DNA of 64,000 nt from Laetmonice hystrix. Its lineage: Eukaryota. Positions 24,201-35,864 of this stretch are shown here, piece by piece. Positions within the stretch are counted from its first letter, which is position 1. Every line of letters begins with the position of its first letter. The DNA lies in assembly GCA_965235115.1 (NCBI GenBank), contig OZ249445.1, positions 6,944,001 through 7,008,000 on the forward strand, given 5' to 3'. A program made the translations under genes and the position numbers. The notes beneath the pieces are model-generated. The model was not told the origin of the DNA, did no database searches, and was given only the letters and a program-made list of their open reading frames with translations.

Positions 24201-26944
24201 ACTTCTACAGGGCACTGAGGATTTTGCACTCTGGCTGACTGGGCTTGCACCTTTTGGCTTGAACACTGGTTTGGTGGGATCCATGAGAGTCTTTGAACTT
24301 GAGCTCTGGAAGGGACAATCAGTAGTACTGATGGAAAATCCATGATTGTGTGACCCAGTGGTAGAGTTTACTGTATTCAGGTCAGTCTTACTGCCAACAT
24401 TGGGAACAAACTCTTGACACATTGGGTTCAATGAACTGACCTCGGTTCCATCTTCACATGAAGTATGGCTGCTCTCGAGATGGTCTCTAGACTCTGCACC
24501 TTGTCCAATCATCCTGGCAGCAAGTGTGTCCATATCACTCATCTGTTCCTCAACTAGAGAAGCCTTAGCACCTTCCAATGAACACAACACCAGTTTCCTG
24601 GCATAATTCTCTATACTATCATGACGGCCATTGTCTTGGATATTCTGTAGATCTCCTATTGCTTTGTCTATATCGACTAAATTTTGAAGATATTCCACGT
24701 GGCCAGTCAATTCTCGGACAGTGTTTTCATCTGGTGAAACCTGTTCACTTTCACTCACCTCTGACGACGTCCCTTCACTCGATTCCCAGTGCTGTTCTTC
24801 ACGATCACTCTCATAGAGTTCTTCAGGGTCCAACTGATAGTTTGGGGAGGCACCATCAGTGGTGCTCCATGCAGTGGCCCCCTCTCCTTGGAACACTGTG
24901 GTTCCTGAATGTGGAGTCTCGGAGCTTGGTATGACTGCTGACTGTTGTGACAGCCAAGATTGAACATTGAGATCACTGTCTGTTTCTTCAGAGAGATCAT
25001 CTTCCACATATTCTCCTACAGATTCTGGGGCCTCAATCCGGATACCATGACTGCTTGCCTTCTGCTCAAACAGCAGTCGCTGGCTGTCACCGTTACTGAA
25101 ATATTTCACAGACAGAGGGCAAAAGTTAATCCCTTTTGTTTTTTACATAATTTAGACTAAAACAGTGGACAATTTTTGGAGCTGACGTTTCAATGTCTTT
25201 ATCAATTCAATGCCTAATACCTAGTCGTGGTTTACAAATACGTCCAGTATTATTAGACTTGTGGTTAAAATACCCACAAAAAAAATTACCTGGGAGAACC
25301 AAGCTGTTCAGAGACTGTTTCATCCACAGTGGCTGACTGACTGGCCCGAGGGACTGATGCTCTTGCCTGGCCATATAACCCTACGAGTACAGGAAACCAA
25401 CATTTTACAAACCAGTGTCAAAACCTTTAGCATACAATCTGATAATCAAAGCAAGTATTAAAACACCTAAATGGAATGGGGGCACAAAATTCAATGTTAT
25501 GCTCCAATTTTAGATGGTGCTGGGGTCCCAGGGGTCCCTGGCACCTCAACACAAAATTGAGGGTCTCCGCGGGTTTGGCCACAACAAATTCAAGGCCTTT
25601 CAAGGCCGATTTCAGCAGATTTTCAAGGCTGCTAAGCCTAATGACAAGTTTGGGAGCCATAGTGGTCATCGCACACTCCCCCCGGTGGTTGATTTCATCC
25701 TTAGACACAGGATGTCGTTGCTCGTCATCATAATGGCACTACCAAGTGTGCTACCGGCTAATTATGCACACAACATGCACATCTTCATGTAGGATAAAAA
25801 GGAGAATTTCAAGGCTGATTTTAAGATTTTTAAAGGCCCATTTGTTGAGTTCCAAGGCCCTCAAACCGATCTGACCATTTTCAAGGCTATTCCAGGCCTT
25901 GAATTTATTTGTTCAAATTCAAGATTTTTCAAGGCTTTCAAGACCCCGCGGAGTCCGTGAACATATGATGGAGCCAGCTCAAACTATTGCTACTGTAAGA
26001 ACAGATTCAGTGATCCTTTTTTTACATGTTTTTCATGGTTGACTCACAGGATGGGGGAGGGGGGCCTTCCATTACCAAATCTTTAACCTTTTTCAATATT
26101 TCTGGTCATCTGGTTTTGACTGACCTTGTTGATCTGCCTTTGGGGTCAGACTGTCCTTCGGTGGGCCTACTTTAGTGGTCGGACTGCTCAGTTGGCCCAC
26201 ACTACCTACACTGACGCAACTTCGGCCAGCTTCTATTACTTCAGGAAGTCCATTTGGGGGAGCTCCTGCTGCGGTTGGTCCAGCCACAACCAGGGACTGT
26301 GAGGCTCGCATTCGGATTGGGTGAGACTGATGAAAAATCTTTTCAAATAATGAAGCCATTGCTGGAGGTGTAGGAGATGGTGTGTTATATGTGTATCCCA
26401 ACAACCCTCGAGGAGGTGTACCACTTCTCTCCGAACCTTTAAACCTTGGCATGGGCTGGGTTGGGCTCGTTACGAACATTTTATTTGTGTCAGGCCTTCT
26501 GGTCATATTTATGCCTGAAGTTGGATATGGTGCAGGTGGCATGACACCAGCCTGCGGAGGTCTATTGAAGCCTGTATGAACTGGAGGCATAACTTGTGAA
26601 ACAATTTTGGGGCATGGAATACCTGTTTGTGGTCCTGGAAAATTCCACTGTCCAGCTGATATTGGCACGGAAGGCATTGGCATATGTGGAGGAACCATTA
26701 GATGTTGTCCTTCATAGTAACCCGGCACAGATGTGGAAGGATGGGGCTGAAACTGTGCCTGGGCTCCGGGGTAAAATACTGCACTTGTTGGGTAGTAGTT
26801 CCTTGGATCAACCCTAGGTGCTGTTACTGTTTGACTGTGATGAGGCATGGTGGCAGATGCCACAGTATGGTATGGCTGCTGTGTCAGGGGTGGGCGAGAA
26901 ACAGGGTTCGGTGGCGACCACATTGTGGAGGAACGTTCTGCCAT
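12286..26944 (-). CDS. TTC3/DZIP3/RNF214-family RING-H2 E3 ubiquitin ligase with PAM2-like motifs and tandem CCCH fingers; 16 coding exons (26125-26944, 25290-25380, 23727-25095, 21839-21976, 21543-21631, 21191-21422, 20639-20983, 18937-20389, 17313-17405, 16608-16699, 16270-16403, 14387-14501, 13425-13607, 13019-13189, 12604-12702, 12286-12381), ~1839 aa
   Basis: Exon chain is phase-consistent (5520 nt). C-terminal RING-H2 CVICCYSIRPNLSKRLDCGHMFHHQCITRWLVGEERTCPTCRTHSLLVEEFP; family-like blocks MVARAYAAE-ETVLQLR, EWDGEYQRVSQAIQEEVCQLQSQFAANLSVLRDGVPLESL and SYERLVKKMMESF...RAEVVSLVQEVR..RGGLQGATMTEII. Confidence 0.85.
17979..18102. mobile_element. PIF/Harbinger-like MITE
   Basis: Imperfect ~30-bp TIRs (GGCCCGGTTTCTT... 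/ ...AAGAAGCCGGGCC), CTG direct repeat on both flanks (17976-78, 18103-05), internal TCTCAAGCTCAA subrepeats. Confidence 0.7.
25558..25960. mobile_element. Degenerate non-autonomous TIR element with internal TTCAAGG repeats
   Basis: Left gagggtctccgcggg versus reverse complement of right end cacggactccgcggg; many TTCAAGG(C) copies inside; no clear TSD. Confidence 0.45.
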
Positions 26945-28103
26945 CTACCGCATTTATCTAAAAAATAAAAAATAGCCATATAAATACACAGGGGTCGTTT
27001 CAATACGTGAGGACATCTTTTGTACCTCTTTAAAATACATCTTGATTGATTGTGAGACGAAGCATAAAGCCGACCTTCTTACAATGAAATGCCCATTAAT
27101 GTGCATAGCTTTCCCTAAATCTACATGCAAGACAGCACTATTCCTGAGATGATTATGACTGTCAGGGCCTTTTGTTGTTAATTGAAGCTGACTTTTTAGG
27201 CCCATTTTTGAAATCAGTTCTATTTGTACATGTGCAGTACAGAAAAACAATGGCAGACAGTGCTCACGATGATCTGTCCAACCAAAACTAGCCAGAATAT
27301 AATACAGAAAGAGCACATCATTTCTTAAACCAGGCCTCTGGAAATTCAAAATGTGCGCAAGCCATAAACGGACTCCACAAATTTCTTTCAGGTCAAATGT
27401 GCCCACGTCACGAACATACGAACAAAAATGGCAATACACTGAGAAGCATTCCGAAGGAGACATTAAAAGATCATCAATTATTGTTTAATTTCAACATAAC
27501 TGGCGAGTTTGCATGAATGCAGTTTGGGTTACGCAAATAGGAGTTTCACAAAACTAGTTCACTCAAATCCCAATATGCGCTGCCACTAAAAGCCCACTTC
27601 TGCCGACACTGGGTCTTCGGGTGTCAACATCCAGTACGACACACCGCTGGTCTCTTTCCGATATACATGATCATGGGGCTCGCTTGGGCTATAGACAACA
27701 TGCTATACCTCGGTTGCCAGTGAAACAAGTTCACTGTCTGGCCGCAAAGCCGTGACTCCGAAAGAAGCCGCGACGACTCAGGGCACATACACAGTGACTG
27801 GTACCGCCTAGCGGGATTTGCGTGAACTAGTTTATGGAAACCCCTGTATTGACATCTATGCCAGTGATGGGCCAACAAAATGGTTATTTGCGCAATTTTT
27901 AGAGGCCTGTGTGTGCGCAACACTCCAGTCAGGGATTTGAATATTTCTCTACGGACTAACCGAATTGTCATTGTCCATTGACCCAAGAATAACACCAACG
28001 CAACAGTTTATTGCTATTGCCTGTATTGGGGAGAGATATTATTGGCTAGGCCTAGTCGGTGCTGCTCAGTGGCATTACTGCAATACTGGCAAAGGGGCAC
28101 ATC

Positions 28104-28359
28104 CAGGGACGGCGCAAGTGGTCGGGCAGGTCGGTCACTCGCTCGACCAATAATTTTGGATTTTTAGGCCTATTTCTCATGATGTAAAAGGTGTCCAGAA
28201 TACACCATTTTACTCTTAGTTTTAAAAAATTTCCGGGGACATCTGCCCCCGAACCCCCCTAGCAGGGATTCGCACCGATCGGGACTCGCATCTGTGACAT
28301 AACGAATTCACATCCAGTTAAGTTGCCCGACCAATCATGCGATCGTTGCGCCGTCCCTG
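28104..28359. mobile_element. MITE with perfect 14-bp TIR and 5-bp TSD (hAT5-like)
   Basis: CAGGGACGGCGCAA ... TTGCGCCGTCCCTG flanked on both sides by ACATC. Confidence 0.8.
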
Positions 28360-30533
28360 ACATCATCCTTCCAAAGGATGCTTTTTGTGCCCCAAAACTA
28401 AGCGAGTAGTAAAAGGCACATTTTCCCTCTCCTCCCCAACCCCCCCTCCAAATGATCCCTGAGCCTTGCCTGCACTATTTGTAATAATTAACTCTATCAT
28501 GATTTAGCGTAGGGGAGGGGAGGGGACGGAGGGCAGATGAGGAGATTGTCCCACCGGACAACCTCTCGCACAAGCACAGGCGACAGGCCAACCTTGGCCG
28601 AGGGTAATGCACGACATGACCACTGGTGAGGGCACGATAACGGACAACTGTAATAACTGAGCACAACACTTGGTGAATGCTCGCCAAGTATTACGTTTAC
28701 TTATCGCTAATTGATCCGAATATCACAACTCCACAAGACTGAAACGTAGGCTAGGCAGTTACACTTACACTTACAGTCAGTAGGCCGACCTACCCAGCCA
28801 TGGCATGGACCATGGAGCCGCTAATCCTATAACAGTTAGGCTATTCCTAATGCCGTTTCCATCCACGTCAGACAACGGCAGCCATTACAATACATTTCTA
28901 CTCACAGTGGTGTGCTGAAGTAACTAATGTGGAATGTGACGAATTTCTCAGCGCTCTTCTCCAGATTTCGGATTTCGCGTTGTTCCCTCAGTCAAAGTTC
29001 AGGTATCAATGTAGTAAATTACAGCGCCTTGATGCAGTCCCAGCGGAATGTCGGCAGGTGGCGCGAAACTCCGACTGGTTCCAGATACCGTCGCTAGGTG
29101 GCCTAGGTCGGGTTGTCGCAGTGGTAGAATTTTTTAGGAAAGTTGGGTTCGCCTGGAAACGTTTGTAGGGCTGAGATGACCACTGCTAGGCTAAATATTT
29201 CCCCAATGCTGGGAAGAGATCGGATAGCGCTTAGAAAGGGAACTCCCCATATCACTTCAAGTTCATTTCACTTTATAAATTATAAGCCATTAGATGTCCA
29301 GAGTTTTGTGTAACTGTAAGCCTTAGGCCTCCTTTCTTTATGATATCAGTGTCAATTCAGTGTTGGGGACGGCACATAGGCCTAGGCCAGCATGTGTCAA
29401 AAGGGAAAATGCGGTAGGGCCCATAGCAGGGCTGTCCAAAGTTGAGGCTGCTTGGTGCTCAACACGCGTAAATCCGCGCACCAGAATTACCAACCGAGTA
29501 GCCCAACAGGGAAAAACAGTCTTCCATTCAACCAGAAATACTTGGTCGCCCACGTGGGCAAGTAGGCTAGGCCTATGGCTAGGCTAAGTGTCGCCCAACA
29601 GAACATTTGCTCACCCAACTACTTTTGCTTTTTTCAACAATCATTCTGGGCCCATTTTTGTGTCAGCTGTTCTGAAAATTATTATTTATAAACTGAGCTG
29701 CTTGACAAATGATAGGCCTAAAGGATGTAGGCCTTTGAAACAAAAATATGTGTCCTACACAAGAACGGCTGTTAGGTTTAAGGAATAAGGGCGCATCTAA
29801 GACACAGAGAGACAGAGAATAAGATACATAGGCCTATATTCATTTTTAAGTTTTGTCGCTCACTTTTTTTCTTGTCGCATTTGTGTCACTGTTGTCGCTC
29901 CATGGCGCGACATAGCGACAAATGGACAGCCCTGCATAGCTATATATATTTTTCTGGCCACGACCCCCCTCCCCCTCGCTGGAAAATTTTGAAAACTCTT
30001 GAAAGTGCAAACCATGCTCCTGAAAATCAAGGTCTCAAACAGATTCAGTCAAAGTCAAATTTAAAACATTTAGGCCTACTATGTAGCCTAACAACAGCTT
30101 CAAGACTTCCAGCTCCAGCAGGGGCGGAGAGGGTGGGTGGGGGTGGGGGTGGGGGGGGGGGGGGTTCGGAACCCATGTTTTGGTCAGAAACCTCTAGGCG
30201 TTCGGTGTGGGGCCTAATATGCCTGCTGCAACAATAGATCTAGGCCTGTTATAGGCAGTTCTATCACTTTATTGGAATATTGTTCAGGAACCCAAATCAA
30301 CGAAATTCTATTCTGCCTTGAAGCAGCAGTGATCGAGCGGGCTATTCTAGTCCTTCCCGGGCGATAGGCCTACAGGACTACCCGTCTCTTATCTGTCATT
30401 GTTTTATTGTAGGCCTAGACTTCTATATGCGGTCATGCCATATGCACCAAATTAAGGGCCTCATATCTGTACCTTGCCTACATCATGGTACCAACATGCA
30501 GAGGGCCTAACAGGCCGCTACCGGAGCTATAAA

Positions 30534-31029
30534 CAGGGGTGTCAGAAGCTATTCAAAGTTGGGGGGCTAGGGCCGTATCCTGCTAAGTGGTCTGGGGGGT
30601 TACAAAGTATGCGACCGCATAAGCACCCTTTGTGTGGCTCCAATAAAGGTTAGGGGCCTAGATATTTTAAAAAAGTCTATAATTTATTTTTAAGGGTGGA
30701 CCCAAGGGGTGTTACAGACACCCCCCCCCCCCAGGATACGGCCCTGGGGGGGGGGGGGGGCAAGTCTGATGCCCTCACATATGGGGCAACCATTATCGGA
30801 GGTATGGACAACGTGTTAAAATAAATGACTCGCCAACAAAAGATGAAGAACAATAAGATGACCACTAGATGGCCTTCAAGCATAATGGGAACAATTTCAG
30901 TCCAGGGGAAATTTAAAATAGCCTAGGCCTACCTAGGCCTAGTAAATTGGGGGGGGGGCAAATGATACTATGGCCCCCCCTCCTCTAATATTGGGGGGGG
31001 GGCATGCCCCCCCTGTTCCGACACACCTG
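30534..31029. mobile_element. MITE with 14-bp TIR (12/14) and 5-bp TSD (hAT5-like)
   Basis: CAGGGGTGTCAGAA ... TTCCGACACACCTG flanked on both sides by ATAAA; G/C-run-rich interior. Confidence 0.75.
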
Positions 31030-31362
31030 ATAAAACTGGTCCGCACTGCGTTATCTATGGGAAATATCCGATGAAACCTCAAGTAGTATATTCTACACTA
31101 ATAGCACCTATAGATGCTGTATCGATCATGACTGAGGAACTAACGCCGGGCCGTCCCAGAACGCTGATTAACGACTGAAATGTCACCGACCTGAAATTTT
31201 AACAACCAGTCAATGTAAACTCCGTTAGCGCTGACGCCAATAGGACTAAAACCACTGACAATCCTGAACCGGGTCCTATGGTATAGCAATGCCAATAGCA
31301 TTTATTTTACTGGTCTACAATTATAATGTCGCGGTGATGTTGGCCAATTTCCTATAGCAGGT

Positions 31363-32774
31363 TTACACTTGACATGGTAATGTATAGTTGGAGATGGCTT
31401 CGACCTTCTGATGAACGGGTCGAGTGGCCCTGATGACGTCATGGAGAAGGTGTTGCATGCTCTGGTCTCCCCGGTACGAGATGGTGAGATTCTTCATGAC
31501 TTGACCTCTGGCTGCCCCGAGCGCCAGTCCCGCCTTCACGGCCGTCTGGATCAACAGCGAATGTTGCCTCCCTATTGTGCTCTGTGACGGATCAAGACAC
31601 ACAGTCAACTGTCGCCTATATCAATAACTTACACCCGAGTATCTACATTGTTATAAACGTGATCAGCGAGGGTCATGTGAAAAGTCACTGCCGCCATCGT
31701 GTGTATATGCGGGGGGGGGGGGGGGGGGGGGGTCGAGGATACCTTTTGACTGTAGGCCTATAGATCCCTTCCCGTATTTTGCTGTAAAGGCCTAATATCT
31801 GTGCAATGGGAGTGGGGGTGGGGGTGGGGGTGGGGACGGGGTGGGAGCGGGGGTGGGGAGGGGGTGGGGTGTTAGGCCTACCTCATATACCCGTATCCGT
31901 TCGCCTAGATCCCAGTCGATCTTTCGTGCCAGCGTTCTCTCCAAGTGTTCCAGGACGGTGATCATGAACGCCAGCGCCGCCTGGAGGGTGATCAAAGACA
32001 TGGTTCCTGACCCTCCGTCTCGACCTGATGCTGTCTGCTCACTCTCATGACGTAACATCCACTCCAGGCTGGTAGCATGGTCCAACCGGCAAATAGTATT
32101 ACATGTACTGCTTTCCCCTGACATTTCTGACATGAGAGCTAGTCACCCTATAGCCCTATTTTAATAATGATAATAAATAACATCGAAGACAGCTACAAAC
32201 TGAACGCTGCTCCAAATACATTAGACAATTTGTTGTATTAATTGGTAACCGTAGAATGCGGTAATCGTACCGTTGGTAATGACAGCCAGCCCCTGAGACC
32301 CGTTTGATCTCAAGGACCTTGACGGCCGAGTCGACCCCACGTAGTGCCAGACCCAGACCTCCACCGAGCTGGTTAAACAACCTGTCACGATCACAAACAT
32401 GTCTGTATGACCAGTCCAATCATCCCACTATATTAAACGTGTAGCGTAGCGTATAGATCTACATCTCTCTTTGCCTCTATGGCTCCTGGCCTGGAATCTT
32501 TACTTAGACCTAGACCTAGGCCTATATCTGGGGCCTTTTAAAAGTGTAGGACTTAGGTACAGATCGGGGGTATAGATGTATAGATCTCGGCCTACATGTT
32601 GGTTTACTAGCTTTGTGACAATTCCACAAACCTGATCAACTCGTTACAGGCTCCGAGGTAGTCGTCCGTCGACATACCATCACTGTCTGCTGGCCGACAC
32701 CGTGAGAAGGCTGCCGTGATGGCCGACAGGTTGGCCGTCACACATCCATCGGCCGCCGACCCTCTCCCCTCCAT
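31363..32774 (-). CDS. GLTP-fold lipid transfer protein, CPTP/GLTPD-like; 4 exons (32632-32774, 32271-32381, 31882-32068, 31363-31581), 219 aa
   Basis: Spliced product MEGRGSAADGCVTANLSAITAAFSRC...DDYLGACNELIRLFNQLG...HYQRLEWMLRHE...SGTMSLITLQAALAFM...VYESTIGRQHSLLIQTAVKAG aligns by hand along the length of human CPTP as recalled. Phases close to 660 nt. Confidence 0.8.
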
Positions 32775-34274
32775 ATCAACCACTTACACGGCACACAGAC
32801 CTGAATAACAGACAGACAATAAAATAATAAACAAACACGGCTCATGAAACTGCTGTCTCATATTGTAAGTCTCAGATTCTCTGTAAAGGTGTACCGTCAC
32901 CGTCCTGGTGGTCACGTAGGCCTATGTAGGGGCCTAATAGGTCTATACACATACCAAACGTCGACATCACACACAAACTATAGAAACTTGGAAAATATAA
33001 TGGCAGCTGGATGAGGTTACAGTGTGGCCTACTTCATGGTTGAACACTTCGAGTAGAATACCTACGGTTCCCGTGACCTGCTACCGTATACCGAGAAGAT
33101 ACCTGTCATATACCGTGACCTTCTGTCATGCCGAGTAGAAGAAACCTAGCATACATTGACCCCCTGTCATACCGAGTAGAAACCTGCTGTACTCTTATCC
33201 GGCTGCTGTGTTTACTGTATGCCTGTATACATACCTGAAGGTAGAGGCGCACACTAGGCCTGCCGACCACCGACCATTAAATATCCTCATCCTGTGTAGG
33301 CCCACAATGAATACATCCGGCGGTTGTTAAGAATTCCATTTATGTTTAATTCATGCATTACTGCATGCTCATAGACTCCATGGCCAAAACTTAGGCCAAA
33401 CAACATAAAAAGTTGGAAAATTTTAAAAGCATGGTGAACAAGAGATGAAATATAGGATATGATGTAGACTCTATAGGTGCCTGTTTTAGATACCTGATGG
33501 ACACATAGCTTACTGCTAGGTCGTTTCTATGGTTCTCTATAGAAATAAATTGCGAGTCCCCCCTCCTTAATATATAATAACGTAACTATATGGATATAGC
33601 CTACATGTACTAAAATCATGCAGACCCTATATATGTTATAGGATACACCACTCTATGGCCGGGCCCAAAACCATAGATTTCAGTTAACTCAATGTTGTCA
33701 ATGACTATATGAACAGTTGCTGATGTTGCGGCTGGGTGGTGTTTAATGATGAGAATATTGTACAAGTACATAGTTGTTAGAAACCATATCATAACATCAC
33801 TTTGTTTCATGGCAACCTACGCTTGAACATGAATCTTTGCACAGAGTTGTTCAAGCAAGTAGTTTTTCTTTATTTTTTTTACTCCCCTCCATCTTTTGGG
33901 GTTTGATTCTTGGTGAAATATGGAATAAGATAACCAGTAACAAACGAGATAAGCTATAGGCTTATACGTATTAAAATAAGTCACCTGATCAGGTATTATA
34001 GTAGACGCCATTTATCCTCCACTGACAGAGATATGCGGCAATAAACCTCATGAATATTCATGAACTATCGTGCATGAACTCTTTCGGTCTTTCAGATCAT
34101 CCATCGCCAAACAATGTGATCATCTTCCATGTAGCAAATGAAAGGGGCTTCGATCTTGTTATTGTTACCTACACTAAGCCTATCGGCCTACCTATACCAG
34201 GCCGTAGTGTTGATACGTGTATAGGAGTAATAGACTGCCATTCCGGTCCTAGGTCTAGTCACCCCACGTGTGTG

Positions 34275-35864
34275 TTAAAAACGTGTGGTCGGACATCCGA
34301 GCAGGTTTTGGTGACGTGGTTCGTTGATGGCACAGCGAGGTTGACGGTCCCACACCCGCCTCCGCTGCCAGATCTCCCGGCTGGTCAGTGGGCGTGTCGG
34401 CTCGGGTGGCAGACAGTAGAAGTTGTTGACCAGAGGCCGACAGCCGCGGGTGAACGGTCCGGTACATTGGAGGCCTGGTGGGCACGACCTGTCCCCGTCA
34501 GAACGACCGTCCGCCCGGTTCACTGTCAGACACACCTCAAACATACCGGACAAACCGTCTTATAACGTCAAACCTACACTCATATAGTGTGGTCAAATAA
34601 CGAAGGACTTAAATGTTGAACAAATGTTCTTTTAGCACTCTGATAGGCCAATTAAGCTGACAGCGATATAGGCCTAGTTATTTTTACTTTTACAAACTAA
34701 GATATTTCTACCTAGAATCTATACTCAAGGAGTATTATGCATTACGTACAATACATGCAATACAAATACATGTCTATATTTGGAAGGACCACCGTCAAAC
34801 ATTCTGTATATATTGCATAACCATTAATTTACTTTCACCATATGGTAAACTGACCACGGGACTGCAGGCGGAGGTGTCGATCCCCGCGACCGGAGTCAGT
34901 TCCGAGTTAGAGACGGGTGTACAGATGAGGTTGGGCGGACACCGGCTGTTACAGATCACCTGCGTGTTATCAGTCGAGTTGACCAGGTCACAAAGCAAGG
35001 GTAACTGTTCGGACAGGGCCAGCCATAGCGGGATCTTGGGCAGGGAGTAGGATGGCCAGCACCCCGACCTGCCGTCCGCTCCGTAACCGCTCGGACTCCG
35101 GTCCAGCGGCGTCGGCAAGTCTTCACACCGGGGTGGTGGACGGCGTCTCAGTCGGCGGCACAGGGACACGAGAATATTCTCTCCGTCACAGGGGTCTGCC
35201 GTACACTTCGCAATGCACAAGTATCCTTGCGGGCAAGACAACTGTTGAACAGCACCAGTTTGCGTGTTCGTACGCCTGCAGACCTATTGGACATGGTACA
35301 AAAAAAGAGAAAAGAAAAGAAGAAAGAAAGATCATAAAGAAAGAAGAAGGGAAAAGACGGGGAAAGAAGGGGGGAGACCAACAAAAATATCGAAGAGGCT
35401 ACCCTCCAAAAGTGTTTCAGAAGACTATTTTCCGGCCCAGGAGTTGACCTCCATCTTCTCTTACACTGAATAAAAATGATAATAATTTACTTTTGAAATG
35501 ATTCGAAGTGAATAAAAATCGGTCTGTTTCTGTGCATTAAAGCTCATGGAACGTTACTTACCCTTAGGCCACAGTAGTATATGTCGAGATCAGCCTGGAC
35601 AAGATTTGGCCGTTGGAGGTTACAGGAGAGACCACGCCTACAGGTTCTATTGAAGACGACCACTCCCGTAGAGGTGTTAACAGCCCGACATAGGGTGAAG
35701 ATGTTGGCCAGGGAGCATCGCCCCCCGCGCCGCTGGGACCTACCGGCCGTGAAGGCCGGGAGCTGGAGGCCGGACCCACCGAGTGGTTGGGTGGACACCA
35801 GCGCCGGGAGACTGTATATAGCGGCACACATCACAACTACCACCAGACAGGCAGGCGACACCAT
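34275..35864 (-). CDS. Secreted cysteine-rich repeat protein; exons 35562-35864, ~34833-35283 and probably 34275-34558 (~345 aa)
   Basis: Hydrophobic N-terminal leader MVSPACLVVVVMCAAIYSLPALVST; phase-0 gtaag/tag junction between exons 1 and 2; four similar C-x3-N-x(8-11)-C-x5-C modules. The exon 2-3 junction is less certain. Confidence 0.6.

Noticed and set aside
26954-27998. ORFs upstream of the E3 ligase as TPR exons or a hAT transposase remnant (VHCLA)
   Set aside because: No TPR pattern, and the hAT resemblance is a few residues in a stop-interrupted frame.
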